From: Candidatus Binataceae bacterium
GTDB taxonomy: Bacteria; Desulfobacterota; Binatia; Binatales; Binataceae
Assembly: GCA_963798375.1 (NCBI GenBank)
Contig: CAWCTG010000008.1
Coordinates: forward strand, 54,571-118,570
Direction: 5' to 3'
DNA: 64,000 nt
Position 1 is the first letter of the stretch. Every line of letters starts with the position of its first letter. A program made the position numbers and the translations under genes. Positions 54,675 to 64,000 of the stretch are shown in pieces. The notes below the pieces were generated by a model. The model was not told where the DNA came from. It was given only the letters and a program-made list of their open reading frames with translations, and did not search any database.

Positions 54675-55049
54675 CTATCGGGATTGGTCCTTCGCCCAGC
54701 TCGTCGGCAGGTAAATCCAGCATTCGATTTTGCGCCCGTCGGTGGCGAGCACTTCGGTCCGCTCGCGCGTGTATAGCGCCGGCACCTCTTCGTATTCGTC
54801 GAGGATCGCCAGCTCGCGCGCGCTTAAACCTTCGAGGATTGCGCCATCTGTGACGGCGTCCGCTTGCTTTGCGACGAAGTAGTGGCGCTTTCGACCGCGC
54901 GCGTAACCCGGAATCCGCCCCGGGCTTGCGTCGATCGGCCGGCCCAGCAGCAGCACGCGCTCGGCGGGATTCATCAGGGTGCCGTACACGAAAAGCAGTT
55001 CGTCGCCGTTGTCCAAAATCGGTACCGCCGCAACTCCGTATTGCCGCAT
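54675..55049 (-). CDS. Gamma-glutamylcyclotransferase (AIG2-like)
   Basis: LFVYGTLM...LDEYE..LYTR...CWIY. Confidence 0.85.
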   Translation of the reverse strand: MRQYGVAAVPILDNGDELLFVYGTLMNPAERVLLLGRPIDASPGRIPGYARGRKRHYFVAKQADAVTDGAILEGLSARELAILDEYEEVPALYTRERTEVLATDGRKIECWIYLPTSWAKDQSR

Positions 55050-55086
55050 CCGTCGGCTTCGCTTACGCTCGCATCGTCAAAGCGAG

Positions 55087-55842
55087 ATGCTGGAAAGAAT
55101 ATACCTGTTCCTCGACGAACTTGGCGAAGTCGGATTACTGACCGGCGATTTCTTCCGCTACCTGGTGCGCCGACCGTTCGAAGGCCGCCTGTTGCTCGAT
55201 CAACTCGACGCGGTGGGCGTGCGATCGGTCAACGTCGTCAATCTGACCGCGATCTTTTCCGGCATGGTGCTGGCGCTGCAGATGGGCCAGTTCCTGGCGA
55301 AGTTCGGCGCCAAGATTTACGTGAGCCGGATAATGGGACTCTCGCTCCTGCGCGAGATGGGACCCGTGTTGAGCGCGCTGATGGTCGCGGCGCGCGTCGG
55401 CGCCGGTATCACGGCCGAGCTCGGCACGATGAAGGTAACCGAGCAGATCGACGCGATGCGCTCGCTGGCCACCAGTCCCGTCAAGAAGCTGGTAGTACCG
55501 CGCGTGCTCGCGACCATCATCATGATGCCGGTGCTGACGGTGCTGGCCGATGCGATCGGATTGCTCGGCGGGCTGGTTATTTCGGTCACGCAGCTCGGCG
55601 TGAGCGCCGATTACTTCTACAGTTCCCTGATTCAGAACGTGCAGCTCGAGGATCTCCTGAGTGGACTTGGCAAATCGGTATTCTTTGGCTTCGAGATCGC
55701 GATAATCGCATGCGCGAAGGGCCTGTCCGCGACCGGGGGCGCCGACGGCGTCGGCCGCGCGACGACCTCGGCAGTGGTGGCCGCCTCAATCACAGTGCTG
55801 ATCTCGGATTTCTTTTTGACCAAGTTTTTTCTATCGATTTGA
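55087..55842 (+). CDS. mlaE: MlaE-family ABC permease
   Basis: REMGPVLSALMVAARVGAGITAELGTMKVTEQIDA, GADGVGRATT. Confidence 0.92.
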   Translation: MLERIYLFLDELGEVGLLTGDFFRYLVRRPFEGRLLLDQLDAVGVRSVNVVNLTAIFSGMVLALQMGQFLAKFGAKIYVSRIMGLSLLREMGPVLSALMVAARVGAGITAELGTMKVTEQIDAMRSLATSPVKKLVVPRVLATIIMMPVLTVLADAIGLLGGLVISVTQLGVSADYFYSSLIQNVQLEDLLSGLGKSVFFGFEIAIIACAKGLSATGGADGVGRATTSAVVAASITVLISDFFLTKFFLSI

Positions 55843-56591
55843 TGCCCGACGACGGACGAAAACGATTCATCGAGGTCCGCCGGCTCCGCAAGAGCTTCGG
55901 CGGCAAGCCGATCTTGCAGGGTCTCGATCTCGACGTCTTCGAAGGCGAGACTCTGGTCGTGCTCGGCGGCAGCGGCGAAGGCAAGAGCGTCATGCTGCGG
56001 CATCTTAACGGGCTGGAGCGCCCCGACAGCGGCGAGGTTATCGTCGAGGGCCAGCGACTGAACGATCTCAGCGAGGACGCGATGGCCGATATCCGCAAGC
56101 AGGTGGCGATGGTGTTCCAGGGCGGCGCGCTGTTCGATTCGTTCACCGTGTTCGACAATGTGAGCTATCCGTTGCGCGAGCACGGCGGCATGGATGAGCC
56201 TGCCATCGAGCGGCGCGTGACCGAACTGCTGGACATGGTCGGGATGACGCGCGTCGAGCACCTTTATCCGGCGGAACTCTCCGGCGGAATGAAAAAGCGC
56301 GTAGCGCTCGCGCGGTCGATCGCGCTCCAGCCCAAGGCGGTTCTGTACGACGAACCGACCACCGGATTGGACCCCCTGGTGACGCACAAGATAAACTTGC
56401 TGATTCGGAGCCTGCAGCGGCAGTTGGGCTTTACTTCGGTCGTGGTGACCCACGATCTCAAGAGCGCGTTCATGGTCGGCGACCGCTTTGCGCTGCTCGA
56501 CCAGGGACGGATAAGATTCAGCGGCACTGCGGACCAAGTGCGCGCGACCCATGACGAATTGATGCGCGAATTCGTGGAGATCGCGCTATGA
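55842..56591 (+). CDS. mlaF: MlaF-family ABC ATPase
   Basis: GGSGEGKS, ELSGGMKKRVALAR, YDEPTTGLDP, VTHD. Confidence 0.92.
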   Translation: MPDDGRKRFIEVRRLRKSFGGKPILQGLDLDVFEGETLVVLGGSGEGKSVMLRHLNGLERPDSGEVIVEGQRLNDLSEDAMADIRKQVAMVFQGGALFDSFTVFDNVSYPLREHGGMDEPAIERRVTELLDMVGMTRVEHLYPAELSGGMKKRVALARSIALQPKAVLYDEPTTGLDPLVTHKINLLIRSLQRQLGFTSVVVTHDLKSAFMVGDRFALLDQGRIRFSGTADQVRATHDELMREFVEIAL

Positions 56592-56606
56592 CAATCGCGA
56601 TGCGAG

Positions 56607-57815
56607 GTGAGCGTGGCTGATTCCGCGTATTCGCAAGTGCGGGTCGGAGCACTGATCGCGGCCGGGCTGGCGATCCTGTGTTTCGCGATTCTTACGATCG
56701 GCCACGGCGCGCAATTCTTCACCCGCACCGAAATCCTGCAAGCTCATTTCGAGCGAATCAACGGCTTGCAGACCGGCGCGCCGGTGACGCTGTCGGGAGT
56801 CCGGGTCGGCGCCGTCGAGTCGATAAAGTTTCCGCCCGAACCCGAGAACGGCTACGTGGTGGTGCGAGTCTGGATCGAAGAATCCGCCGCGGAGCGCGTG
56901 CGAACCGATTCGATCATGCAGATTCATTCGATGGGGCTGCTCGGCGACAAGTTCGTCGCGCTGACGCCGGGCACGGCAGCCGCGCCACCCGCGACTCCGG
57001 ACACCATCCTGGCTTCGGTCAATCCGATCGACTACGAGACAATTCTGCAGCGCGAAGGCACCGACGATTTGATCGCAAATGTGATGGCGATCTCCGGTTC
57101 GCTGCGCACGATACTCGAGTCAATCGACAAGGGTCACGGAATGGTCAGTCAACTGGTTCGCGGCGAGGACGCCACCCAGCCGAAAGATCGGCTGACGCTC
57201 GAATCGATTCAGCGCACGCTTGAACACGTCGATAAGCTCTCGATCGCGCTCGGCCAGGTGATGGACCGTATCAACAATGGCCGGGGCGTGGCCGGCGCGA
57301 TGCTGAGCGATCAGACCGACGGCAAAAGGTTCCTGGACAACCTCGCGGATACAGCGGCTAGGATTCGCCAGACCAGCGCGCGGCTGGACACGCTGATCGC
57401 GCGTTTCGACAAAGCCAACGGGATTTTACCGCAACTGATGGAGAACAAGAATTTCTCCGATGACGTGCTGCCGAACCTGCGCCAGTCGTCGCACGACTTG
57501 AAAGACATCCTGCAAAAGATCAACTCGAGCCAAGGCACCGCGGGCCTGATAGTCAACGATCCCACGCTGTACAATCAACTGACCGGCTTTATGGATAACG
57601 GCGGTGGATGGGGGCTTCGGTTCATCAACGGCTTCTACGATTTGACCCATCCGTTCGCGAGCCCGTCGCCGGGCGCCGGCGCGCAGCCGGTGATGCTGAC
57701 GGCTTCGCAGGCGGGCGCGTGCAGCGCACAGCCGGCGCCGGCCACAGTGTCGGCGGCGATCCCCGCCATAGCTGCGCCGGCGCCGAGCGTCATGAATTCA
57801 TCTTCATCAAAGTGA
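56607..57815 (+). CDS. mlaD: MlaD/MCE family protein with long helical extension
   Basis: TM; GLQTGAPVTLSGVRVGAV, GLLGDKFVALTPG, GTAGLIVND. Confidence 0.88.
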   Translation: MSVADSAYSQVRVGALIAAGLAILCFAILTIGHGAQFFTRTEILQAHFERINGLQTGAPVTLSGVRVGAVESIKFPPEPENGYVVVRVWIEESAAERVRTDSIMQIHSMGLLGDKFVALTPGTAAAPPATPDTILASVNPIDYETILQREGTDDLIANVMAISGSLRTILESIDKGHGMVSQLVRGEDATQPKDRLTLESIQRTLEHVDKLSIALGQVMDRINNGRGVAGAMLSDQTDGKRFLDNLADTAARIRQTSARLDTLIARFDKANGILPQLMENKNFSDDVLPNLRQSSHDLKDILQKINSSQGTAGLIVNDPTLYNQLTGFMDNGGGWGLRFINGFYDLTHPFASPSPGAGAQPVMLTASQAGACSAQPAPATVSAAIPAIAAPAPSVMNSSSSK

Positions 57816-57893
57816 CCAGGACCCCGATGAAACAAGCTCAGGTTGCCGCAGATGTCTTCGTTATGTTAGCTCCATACGAGGTTTGAGATATCG

Positions 57894-58367
57894 ATGATGA
57901 AGCAGCGGACATTTTTCGCGCGCACGGCCGTTGGGCTGCTCGCCCTATTCGCCGTCGCATGCTCCGCGATGAAGAGCGGGTCGCTAAGCACCGGCATGAC
58001 GCCCGATCAGGCGGTGGATGCGATGGGTCAGCCTGACCTGAAGGATAACATCGCCGATCCCAACCACAGCGGCGCCAGCGTGTTGCGATACGTCTGGCTC
58101 GAGCCGGGCAAGGCGGCAATCTTCGGTTCCGACGATCGCCTCGCCAGCATCCAGGATGTCGAGACCAACACCAAGCAGCACGTCGAGCAGCAAGCTCAGG
58201 CCGAGGCGGCGGGGCCACCGCCGCAGTTCGATCCGATCGAGACGCCGCTCAATTATCTGTTCTTTCCGGTCAAGGCCGCCACCATTTACTTCGGCGCCGG
58301 CGTCAATTGCGTCGGCGGCGGCAGCTGCCGGAAGCCGGAGCTTCCGGCGCCGGGTTCCGCCGGCTAG
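57894..58367 (+). CDS. Hypothetical lipoprotein (BamE/SmpA-like N-terminus)
   Basis: Lipobox AVAC; LSTGMTPDQAVDAMGQP. Confidence 0.7.
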   Translation: MMKQRTFFARTAVGLLALFAVACSAMKSGSLSTGMTPDQAVDAMGQPDLKDNIADPNHSGASVLRYVWLEPGKAAIFGSDDRLASIQDVETNTKQHVEQQAQAEAAGPPPQFDPIETPLNYLFFPVKAATIYFGAGVNCVGGGSCRKPELPAPGSAG

Positions 58368-58390
58368 TCCGGAATTCCTGGAACCGAGAT

Positions 58391-58430
58391 GAAGCGGCGG
58401 CCGATCGTCGGATCGGCCGCCGCTTCTTTT
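58391..58430 (+). terminator. Rho-independent terminator between convergent genes
   Basis: 16-bp perfect stem gaagcggcggccgatc / gatcggccgccgcttc, 4-nt loop, then tttt. Confidence 0.75.
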
Positions 58431-58444
58431 GGCGCATCGCTCAT

Positions 58445-59173
58445 CTACGCTTGCGCGTCGCCGTTTACCTCGTGACCGTGCGGAAACGCCGATTCAACTG
58501 CGGCGAGACGCTGTCCGATTGGAATCGCCGGACGGGACAACGTCGGTTCGATCGGGAATGGATTGTCAAACCGAATCCGCCGCATCGAATCGCCGGTCGC
58601 GAAGCCAATTGCGAACACATCATTCACCAGCTTCGCCAGCGCCTCACCCTCGAGCACCATCGGCTGCACCAATATCTCGCCGCCGTCGATCGTCTCGCAG
58701 TACGGCCACACTATTGGCTCGCCGGCCTTGGCAAAGTTGCTCCGCGCATATGAGACCGTCTGGTCGCTTGGCTTGAAGGTCGGGTAAACCAGCAATGCCC
58801 GGACCTGCATCAGGCCCGCCAGAATAATCGCGCCGCGCTGTGCCAGCAGACCGGCTCCCTTGGCGAACGACCACAGCTCTCCGCCCTCGATCACCGACCG
58901 CGCCGGCAGATGGCTCAGGTCGGGCCGCGGATAACTTTGCGGGAAGCTGGCGAGATCGTGCATCACGAGACCCGACATCATTTGCTCCGGAAGATCGTCG
59001 TCGTGCTCGAACAGGCCGTAGAGGAGCCCGTATTCGAGATGAATCTTCCCGACGTTGGACCGGCGCGTCTCCCGGAAGCGTGCGCCTCGCTTCGCGCGCG
59101 CCTCCTCGATCCGTTCGCCAAAGATCCGTCGTTCGCTCTCGGTCGTAAGTTGCCTTAGTTCCATTGCCTTCAT
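58445..59173 (-). CDS. Hypothetical protein, possibly GNAT/acyl-synthase-like fold
   Basis: Strong RBS aggagg; MELRQL...SVIEGGELWS..KGAG...LLVYP pattern loosely reminiscent of GNAT/LuxI/FeeM strand order. Confidence 0.6.
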   Translation of the reverse strand: MKAMELRQLTTESERRIFGERIEEARAKRGARFRETRRSNVGKIHLEYGLLYGLFEHDDDLPEQMMSGLVMHDLASFPQSYPRPDLSHLPARSVIEGGELWSFAKGAGLLAQRGAIILAGLMQVRALLVYPTFKPSDQTVSYARSNFAKAGEPIVWPYCETIDGGEILVQPMVLEGEALAKLVNDVFAIGFATGDSMRRIRFDNPFPIEPTLSRPAIPIGQRLAAVESAFPHGHEVNGDAQA

Positions 59174-59434
59174 ACCTCCTGCTGCCGCGGGGAGTTGATT
59201 CTCCCCGTCGTTGCCAAATGGAACTGGAGACTCGGGGAACCACCCGGAAGCGAGGAGGCCTGCTCCTCGCCGGAAGCTTGGGGAGGCGGACGAAAATCGA
59301 TCATGGCCCGGTAAAAGGCGAAGTCCCCCCTCTTTTGCGCTCGTTTTCGGCGCCGTCTTCGACGCGAACCGAACTGGATGGCGTCCCCAGAGTACCGTCC
59401 CGGCAGGGTCCGCAGGTCGTGGTCGCCACCAATG

Positions 59435-59503
59435 GTCACTAAGTGACGCAGATGGCTGACTCTACGGTTATTAGCTAACTCAGAGTGTCGTTAACAGAGT
59501 CAG
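59435..59503. promoter_or_regulatory. Cluster of inverted repeats in the divergent intergenic region (putative operators)
   Basis: GTCACT-A-AGTGAC (59435-59447), CTGACTCT...AGAGTCAG (59456-59503), internal TTAGCTAA. Confidence 0.5.
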
Positions 59504-59578
59504 AATGTTAGCGCAAGTGCGACTCGCTGCTGTCTTTGTTGGACACTTGCAACGCGGGACGCTATCGCCGTACACTGT

Positions 59579-60415
59579 ATGTTCATAATCGGGAGACCCT
59601 TGGTTGTGGCACTGAAGTCTGAGCGAAGTCCCGCTCTAGATGCATTGGTCGAAGAGATCCTGAGCCGGGCACACACAGTCGGCCGCAACGAACTTGAAGC
59701 ATGGAGGAAGCCGCATCGGGAGCTGCGGGAATTGGCGCGCCTCGACTACGTGCGCATCATCCGCCCGGCACTCGATTACCACGCGTTGCGCGCTATTATC
59801 CGCGAGACGAGGAAGATATGGCCGCAGTTGAATCGCGAACAGTTTCGGCCCAAGCCGCTCAACCAGCTCGCCGCGATTTCATCGGACCTGCGCATCCATC
59901 TTCAGGCCGCCCCTTATCGGGGACCCGAAGGCATGGCGCTACGAGGCTTTTACGTCGACAAAACCCGCAAGGTGCTGAAGCATCCGCTGATTTATCTCAA
60001 CACCGCGCATCATCCGGGCGCGGTCCAGGCGACCTTCATGCATGAGATAGGCCATCACGTGACGACCAAGGTTACGGGGAGCGCCGGCGACGGAGCTCAT
60101 TATTTCTTCCACGCCGGCTACCGCAATCATCTTGGCGAACCGGCGGAACTCGCGGCCGACGTGGTCGCCAGCCTTGCGGCGTATCCCGAACCGCTGGCGC
60201 GCAAAATGTTCACGGTGCCTTGGGATTGGGGGTTGGTCGCGCGCGCCGACCGGCTTCCCGACCGGGCCTTTGCGCGGATTCGCGAGCATGTGCGAAAATT
60301 GTTGGGATTTGATTTTGGCGCTTCACTACCGGCCGGCCAGAGCTTCAACTATCTGACCGGAATGATCCACTACGCAAAACTCCGATGGGCACTACTGGCG
60401 GAATACGAACTATGA
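59579..60415 (+). CDS. ImmA/IrrE-family zinc metallopeptidase-like protein
   Basis: LIYLN...ATFMHEIGHH (HEXXH)...ELAADVVA. Confidence 0.72.
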   Translation: MFIIGRPLVVALKSERSPALDALVEEILSRAHTVGRNELEAWRKPHRELRELARLDYVRIIRPALDYHALRAIIRETRKIWPQLNREQFRPKPLNQLAAISSDLRIHLQAAPYRGPEGMALRGFYVDKTRKVLKHPLIYLNTAHHPGAVQATFMHEIGHHVTTKVTGSAGDGAHYFFHAGYRNHLGEPAELAADVVASLAAYPEPLARKMFTVPWDWGLVARADRLPDRAFARIREHVRKLLGFDFGASLPAGQSFNYLTGMIHYAKLRWALLAEYEL

Positions 60416-60846
60416 AAAAAGAAACTCTCGGTCAGGTTCTCAAACAGCGTCGCGGTGCTTATGCCTTCACCCAGCGTGAACTTGCGCGCAAACTCGGGGT
60501 CAAGGCCAGCCACGTCGCCTATCTCGAAAACGGACGGCGCCGCCCTTCCCTGTCGCTGCTGGCGCGGCTGGCGGATACGCTCGAGCTCGACAAGCAGCGG
60601 CTGTTCCTGCTCGCGCATCCTGAGGCGCACTGGATAGTCGGTAAGGAGCGCGAGTCGGCGCCCGCCAAACGGCAGGAAAACGCCTGGCGCAAGTTTGTGC
60701 GCGATCGCGGGACGCTGGCGCGTCACAAGGTGACGGGTCGGGAGCTCAAGGTCCTCCAGAAGGTGAACATGCTCGGCCGCATATCGGCGCCGAATCAGTT
60801 CCTGTTCATCTTGAACGCGATTCGCCAGGCGGTCGAAGAGGAATAG
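60412..60846 (+). CDS. XRE-family HTH transcriptional regulator
   Basis: LGQVLKQRR...TQRELARKLGVKASHVAYLENGRRRPSLSLLARLADTL; ATGA overlap with the upstream gene. Confidence 0.88.
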   Translation: MKKETLGQVLKQRRGAYAFTQRELARKLGVKASHVAYLENGRRRPSLSLLARLADTLELDKQRLFLLAHPEAHWIVGKERESAPAKRQENAWRKFVRDRGTLARHKVTGRELKVLQKVNMLGRISAPNQFLFILNAIRQAVEEE

Positions 60847-61109
60847 CCGAACGCGCGCTTAAGCTTTTCAACTCTTCAACTGCCCTTTGCTGGCGGCACG
60901 CCGATTCCCTTGAGGACTTCGCCGCGGGCGGCCATCGGGTCGCGCGCAACCACCTTGTCGCAGGCGGTCATGATCGTTCGAGCGTCATGCGAGCACATCG
61001 GCTGCGCCGTCTCCATCCGCTCGCCGTAGAGTCCCGGCCGTTTGCAATGTCAAGCCGTTGAGGAGGCGCACGCGATGGTTTAGGCTCAAGCGATGGAAGT
61101 GCATTTTCG

Positions 61110-61373
61110 ATGAAGATCGATATCGACCTCAAGTCCGGATTTCTGCAGAACCTCAAGCGCGAAGTGCTCGAATCGCTCAATCTCGAAGAACGCGCGATCA
61201 TCGAGGTTTCCACCGGCGAGATGGGAGTCAAACCCGACGCGGTCAAGCTTGGATGGCTCAAGATGCGGACCAAGGAGACCTGGACCAAGCAGCGCTACAC
61301 CAAGGCTCTCGGCCGCACCATGGAAAAGCTCCGCGAAGCAGTGGCTCTGGCAGAAAAGAACAAAAGAGACTGA
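61110..61373 (+). CDS. Hypothetical 87-aa protein
   Basis: Host-like codon usage, clean ORF, convergent with tyrS. Confidence 0.65.
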   Translation: MKIDIDLKSGFLQNLKREVLESLNLEERAIIEVSTGEMGVKPDAVKLGWLKMRTKETWTKQRYTKALGRTMEKLREAVALAEKNKRD

Positions 61374-61390
61374 CCGCTCAGGAGCGCCGG

Positions 61391-62590
61391 TCAGGGCTCA
61401 ATCCGCGCCACTCGGCGCTTGCCCACTTCAAGCACCTTGTGCTCGCCCGGCACGAAGCGAAAATTCACATCGGTTATCGTGCGTCCGTCCACCCGCACCG
61501 CTCCCTGGCTCACCAGGCGCCGCGCCTCGCTGGTCGAAGGCGTGAACTGTAACTGCTTCATCAGTTCGCAAATCCACAGATCCTCGGCGATTCGATAGAC
61601 CTGCGCGCTGGCTGGAATTTCCCGGCGCTGGAACTTGCTCTCGAAGTATTGCTCGGCGCGATTTGCCGCGCGCGCGCCGTGGTATTCGGCGACGATCGCG
61701 CGGGCGAGGCGTTTTTTCGCTTCCATCGGATGCAATCCGCCCGACTTCACCGCCGCGATCTCTTCCGGCGTGGCCTTCGTGAGCAACTCGTAGTATCGGA
61801 CCATCAGCTGATCGGGCACCGACATCAGCTTGCCGTACATGTCCTCGGGCTTGTCGGTCAACCCGACGTAGTTTCCGTATGACTTGGACATTTTGCGCCC
61901 GCCGCCGAGACCTTCGAGCAGCGGCATCGTCATCACCGCTTGCGGCGCCTGTCCGAAGTGTCTTTGCAGCTCGCGGCCAACCAGCATGTTGAACTTCTGA
62001 TCGGTGCCCCCAATCTCGAGATCCGCTTCCAGCGCGACCGAATCGTAACCCTGAATCACGGGATAGAGCAGTTCGTGCAGGAACAGCGGCTCCTCGTCCG
62101 CGAGCCGCTGCTCGAAATCGTCACGCTCCAATAGACGGGCGACGCTCACCTTCGCCGCAATTTCGATCAGGCGGCGCACGCCCAATTCATTCATCCACTC
62201 GCTGTTGAAGCGGACCTCGGTGAGCTCGCGATCGAGAATCTTGAACGCCTGCGCGCGATAGGTTTCCGCGTTGCGCTCGATCTGATCGCGCGACAGCGGC
62301 TTTCGCGTCTCGGAGCGTCCGGTCGGATCGCCGATCATCGCCGTGAAGTCGCCGACCAGGAAAATTACGGTGTGGCCCGCATCCTGAAAGTCGCGCAGCT
62401 TCTTGAGCGTCAGGCTGTGACCGAGATGCAGATCGGGCGCGGTCGGATCCATGCCGAGCTTGATCCTGAGCGGCCGGCCGAGCGCAATCTTGGCCGCAAG
62501 CTCGGCCGGAGAAATAACCTCGCTGCTGCCCCTGGCAAGTGCGGCAGCCTGTTCATTCGCCTGATTTTCGTTCACGTTCCGCTTCGTCAA
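61391..62590 (-). CDS. tyrS: Tyrosine--tRNA ligase
   Basis: GMDPTAPDLHLGH, GGTDQKFN, KMSKS, C-terminal S4 domain. Confidence 0.96.
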   Translation of the reverse strand: MTKRNVNENQANEQAAALARGSSEVISPAELAAKIALGRPLRIKLGMDPTAPDLHLGHSLTLKKLRDFQDAGHTVIFLVGDFTAMIGDPTGRSETRKPLSRDQIERNAETYRAQAFKILDRELTEVRFNSEWMNELGVRRLIEIAAKVSVARLLERDDFEQRLADEEPLFLHELLYPVIQGYDSVALEADLEIGGTDQKFNMLVGRELQRHFGQAPQAVMTMPLLEGLGGGRKMSKSYGNYVGLTDKPEDMYGKLMSVPDQLMVRYYELLTKATPEEIAAVKSGGLHPMEAKKRLARAIVAEYHGARAANRAEQYFESKFQRREIPASAQVYRIAEDLWICELMKQLQFTPSTSEARRLVSQGAVRVDGRTITDVNFRFVPGEHKVLEVGKRRVARIEP

Positions 62591-62688
62591 TTCCGTTCGC
62601 CGGGCTTCCAGTGGCCCTCAAGCGTACAGGATTATTGACGGCGCGGAATAGCCCGCCTGCCACTGCTGTCGGACTCGCCAGGCGCGGA

Positions 62689-63180
62689 TTATCGGCGATT
62701 AGCCGCCCGCCTGCCTTGATAGTGCCCGCGCTTGCCCACGGTCCGAATGCGGCGGCGACAGTCATGCGCGCTTTGCCGTTGGCAGACAGGGATCATGCCC
62801 AGCCTCCGCAACCCTCGTTCCACCACCCCGAGCGCATGCTCGTGGACAATGCCGACTTCGCGCAGCCGGAACTCGTGGTCCGGAAACTCCTGCCTGCCTG
62901 CCTTGCAGGCGTGCGAAAATGTGCGCCGTCGCACGCCGAAGCAGCTCGGCCCATAGAGTTCGCTCAGCAGCCACAGCGCGATCTCGTCGAGACCTCGCAT
63001 GCACCATCCGATACATTGGTAGTCGTCGATTGCGTTGGCAGCCACCATGCACGCATCCGCCGGCAATTCGTCCGCCACCAACCGTCGCGTCCGTCCGCTG
63101 TGAAGCAGCTCGCGCAAGCGGAAATAAAAACGCAGAGCTTCCTCCGCTCTTCTGAAGCGGGTCTTGTTTTCATCAAACAT
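62689..63180 (-). CDS. Hypothetical Cys/Arg-rich protein
   Basis: ORF between pth and tyrS on the same strand; MFDENKTRFRRAEEALRFYFRLRELL... Confidence 0.5.
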   Translation of the reverse strand: MFDENKTRFRRAEEALRFYFRLRELLHSGRTRRLVADELPADACMVAANAIDDYQCIGWCMRGLDEIALWLLSELYGPSCFGVRRRTFSHACKAGRQEFPDHEFRLREVGIVHEHALGVVERGLRRLGMIPVCQRQSAHDCRRRIRTVGKRGHYQGRRAANRR

Positions 63181-63425
63181 GCGCAGCCCCCTATTCCTGG
63201 ATGCAAAATTATGAGACCGCACGAAGCGTGTGGCCGACGGGGGCTAACCCAGGCCCCTCTCGCATCTGCACGAATAGCGCTGCCATCCGAACGGGACGCG
63301 AAATTTACCCGCCCAACGCGACGAGGGCTCCAATCTTGATTGCTCTAGCGCGGCGCCAGTTGCCAAGTCAACAGAATGATTACATTAGCGGACAATTTGT
63401 TATCCCAGCGCTCGCTGAAGACGTT

Positions 63426-64000
63426 TTAGCCGCGCTGATTGTAACGATTCATCGCGGCTTCGAGTCCGTGCTCCGCGATCGCCTCGACCGCGCTCGCTGC
63501 ACGCTCGAGGATCGGCGTGAATGCCTGCCTTTCGGCGGCCGTCATTGGACGGAGCAGGTAGTCTTTGTTTTCTTCGTTCTCCGGCGGCCGGCCGATTCCC
63601 AGTCTGACCCGAATGAAGTCCGTTGTTCCAAGCGACTCCGCGATTGAACGAACGCCGCGGTTGCCGGCATCGCCGCCTCCCTGTTTGATTCTGAGCCGGC
63701 CCGCTTCGAGGTCGAGTTCGTCATGCACCACGATCAAGTGCTCGGGAGCAATTTTGAAATATCCGAGCAGGTCCGAAAGACATTCGCCGCTTAGATTGTA
63801 AAAAGTCTGCGGCTTGACGAGTATCGCCGGCTTTCCGGCCAGCATGACTTCAGCGGTGACGCCTTTGAATCTGCGCCGGCTCACTCTGACGCCTTTGGCT
63901 CTCGCGATTCGCTCGATTGTCATGAATCCGGCGTTGTGACGCGCGCGCGAGTATTCTTCGCCGGGATTTCCCAGCCCGGCCGCTACCCATTGAATCGATG
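63426..64000 (-). CDS. pth: Peptidyl-tRNA hydrolase (5' end outside window)
   Basis: GLGNPGEEYSRARHNAGF, KPQTFYNLSG, VVHDELD, RVRLGIGRP. Confidence 0.93.
   Translation of the reverse strand, partial: SIQWVAAGLGNPGEEYSRARHNAGFMTIERIARAKGVRVSRRRFKGVTAEVMLAGKPAILVKPQTFYNLSGECLSDLLGYFKIAPEHLIVVHDELDLEAGRLRIKQGGGDAGNRGVRSIAESLGTTDFIRVRLGIGRPPENEENKDYLLRPMTAAERQAFTPILERAASAVEAIAEHGLEAAMNRYNQRG

Noticed and set aside
63360-63392. Similarity to the 59490-59515 operator region (cagaatg...ttagcg)
   Set aside because: Too short and gapped to distinguish from chance

Overview
This is a high-GC bacterial chromosomal window; the gene set is suggestive of a Binatota/deltaproteobacteria-like lineage, which is inference only. 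It opens with an Elb-type ether-lipid cluster: HAD hydrolase, LarA/DUF2088 protein and a 1450-aa FAR-ACS-ACP-acyltransferase, extended by a dual-specificity phosphatase, a Pcs-like phosphatidyltransferase and an unknown two-domain protein. Housekeeping genes follow (mrp, dksA, rimO, lolA, ftsK, rnj, ssb, ilvB, acnA, lhr, nadA/nrtR, mlaEFD, tyrS, pth), together with an arsR-arsM-methyltransferase unit, a degraded DNA methyltransferase island, a sigma54 two-component system and an IrrE/ImmA-XRE pair divergent from a GNAT-like gene. The most striking unexplained structure is at three convergent gene junctions, each holding accessory DNA bounded by repeats with no integrase or transposase in the window. 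(i) hicB lies between 43-bp copies of a DUF309 3' end. (ii) hicBA lies between 246-bp direct repeats that duplicate two gene ends. (iii) A ~178-bp double-hairpin repeat array (5 copies plus fragments) is interleaved with small unrelated genes downstream of acnA. Single-base frameshifts in several genes look like assembly indels. I saw no rRNA, tRNA or CRISPR array.
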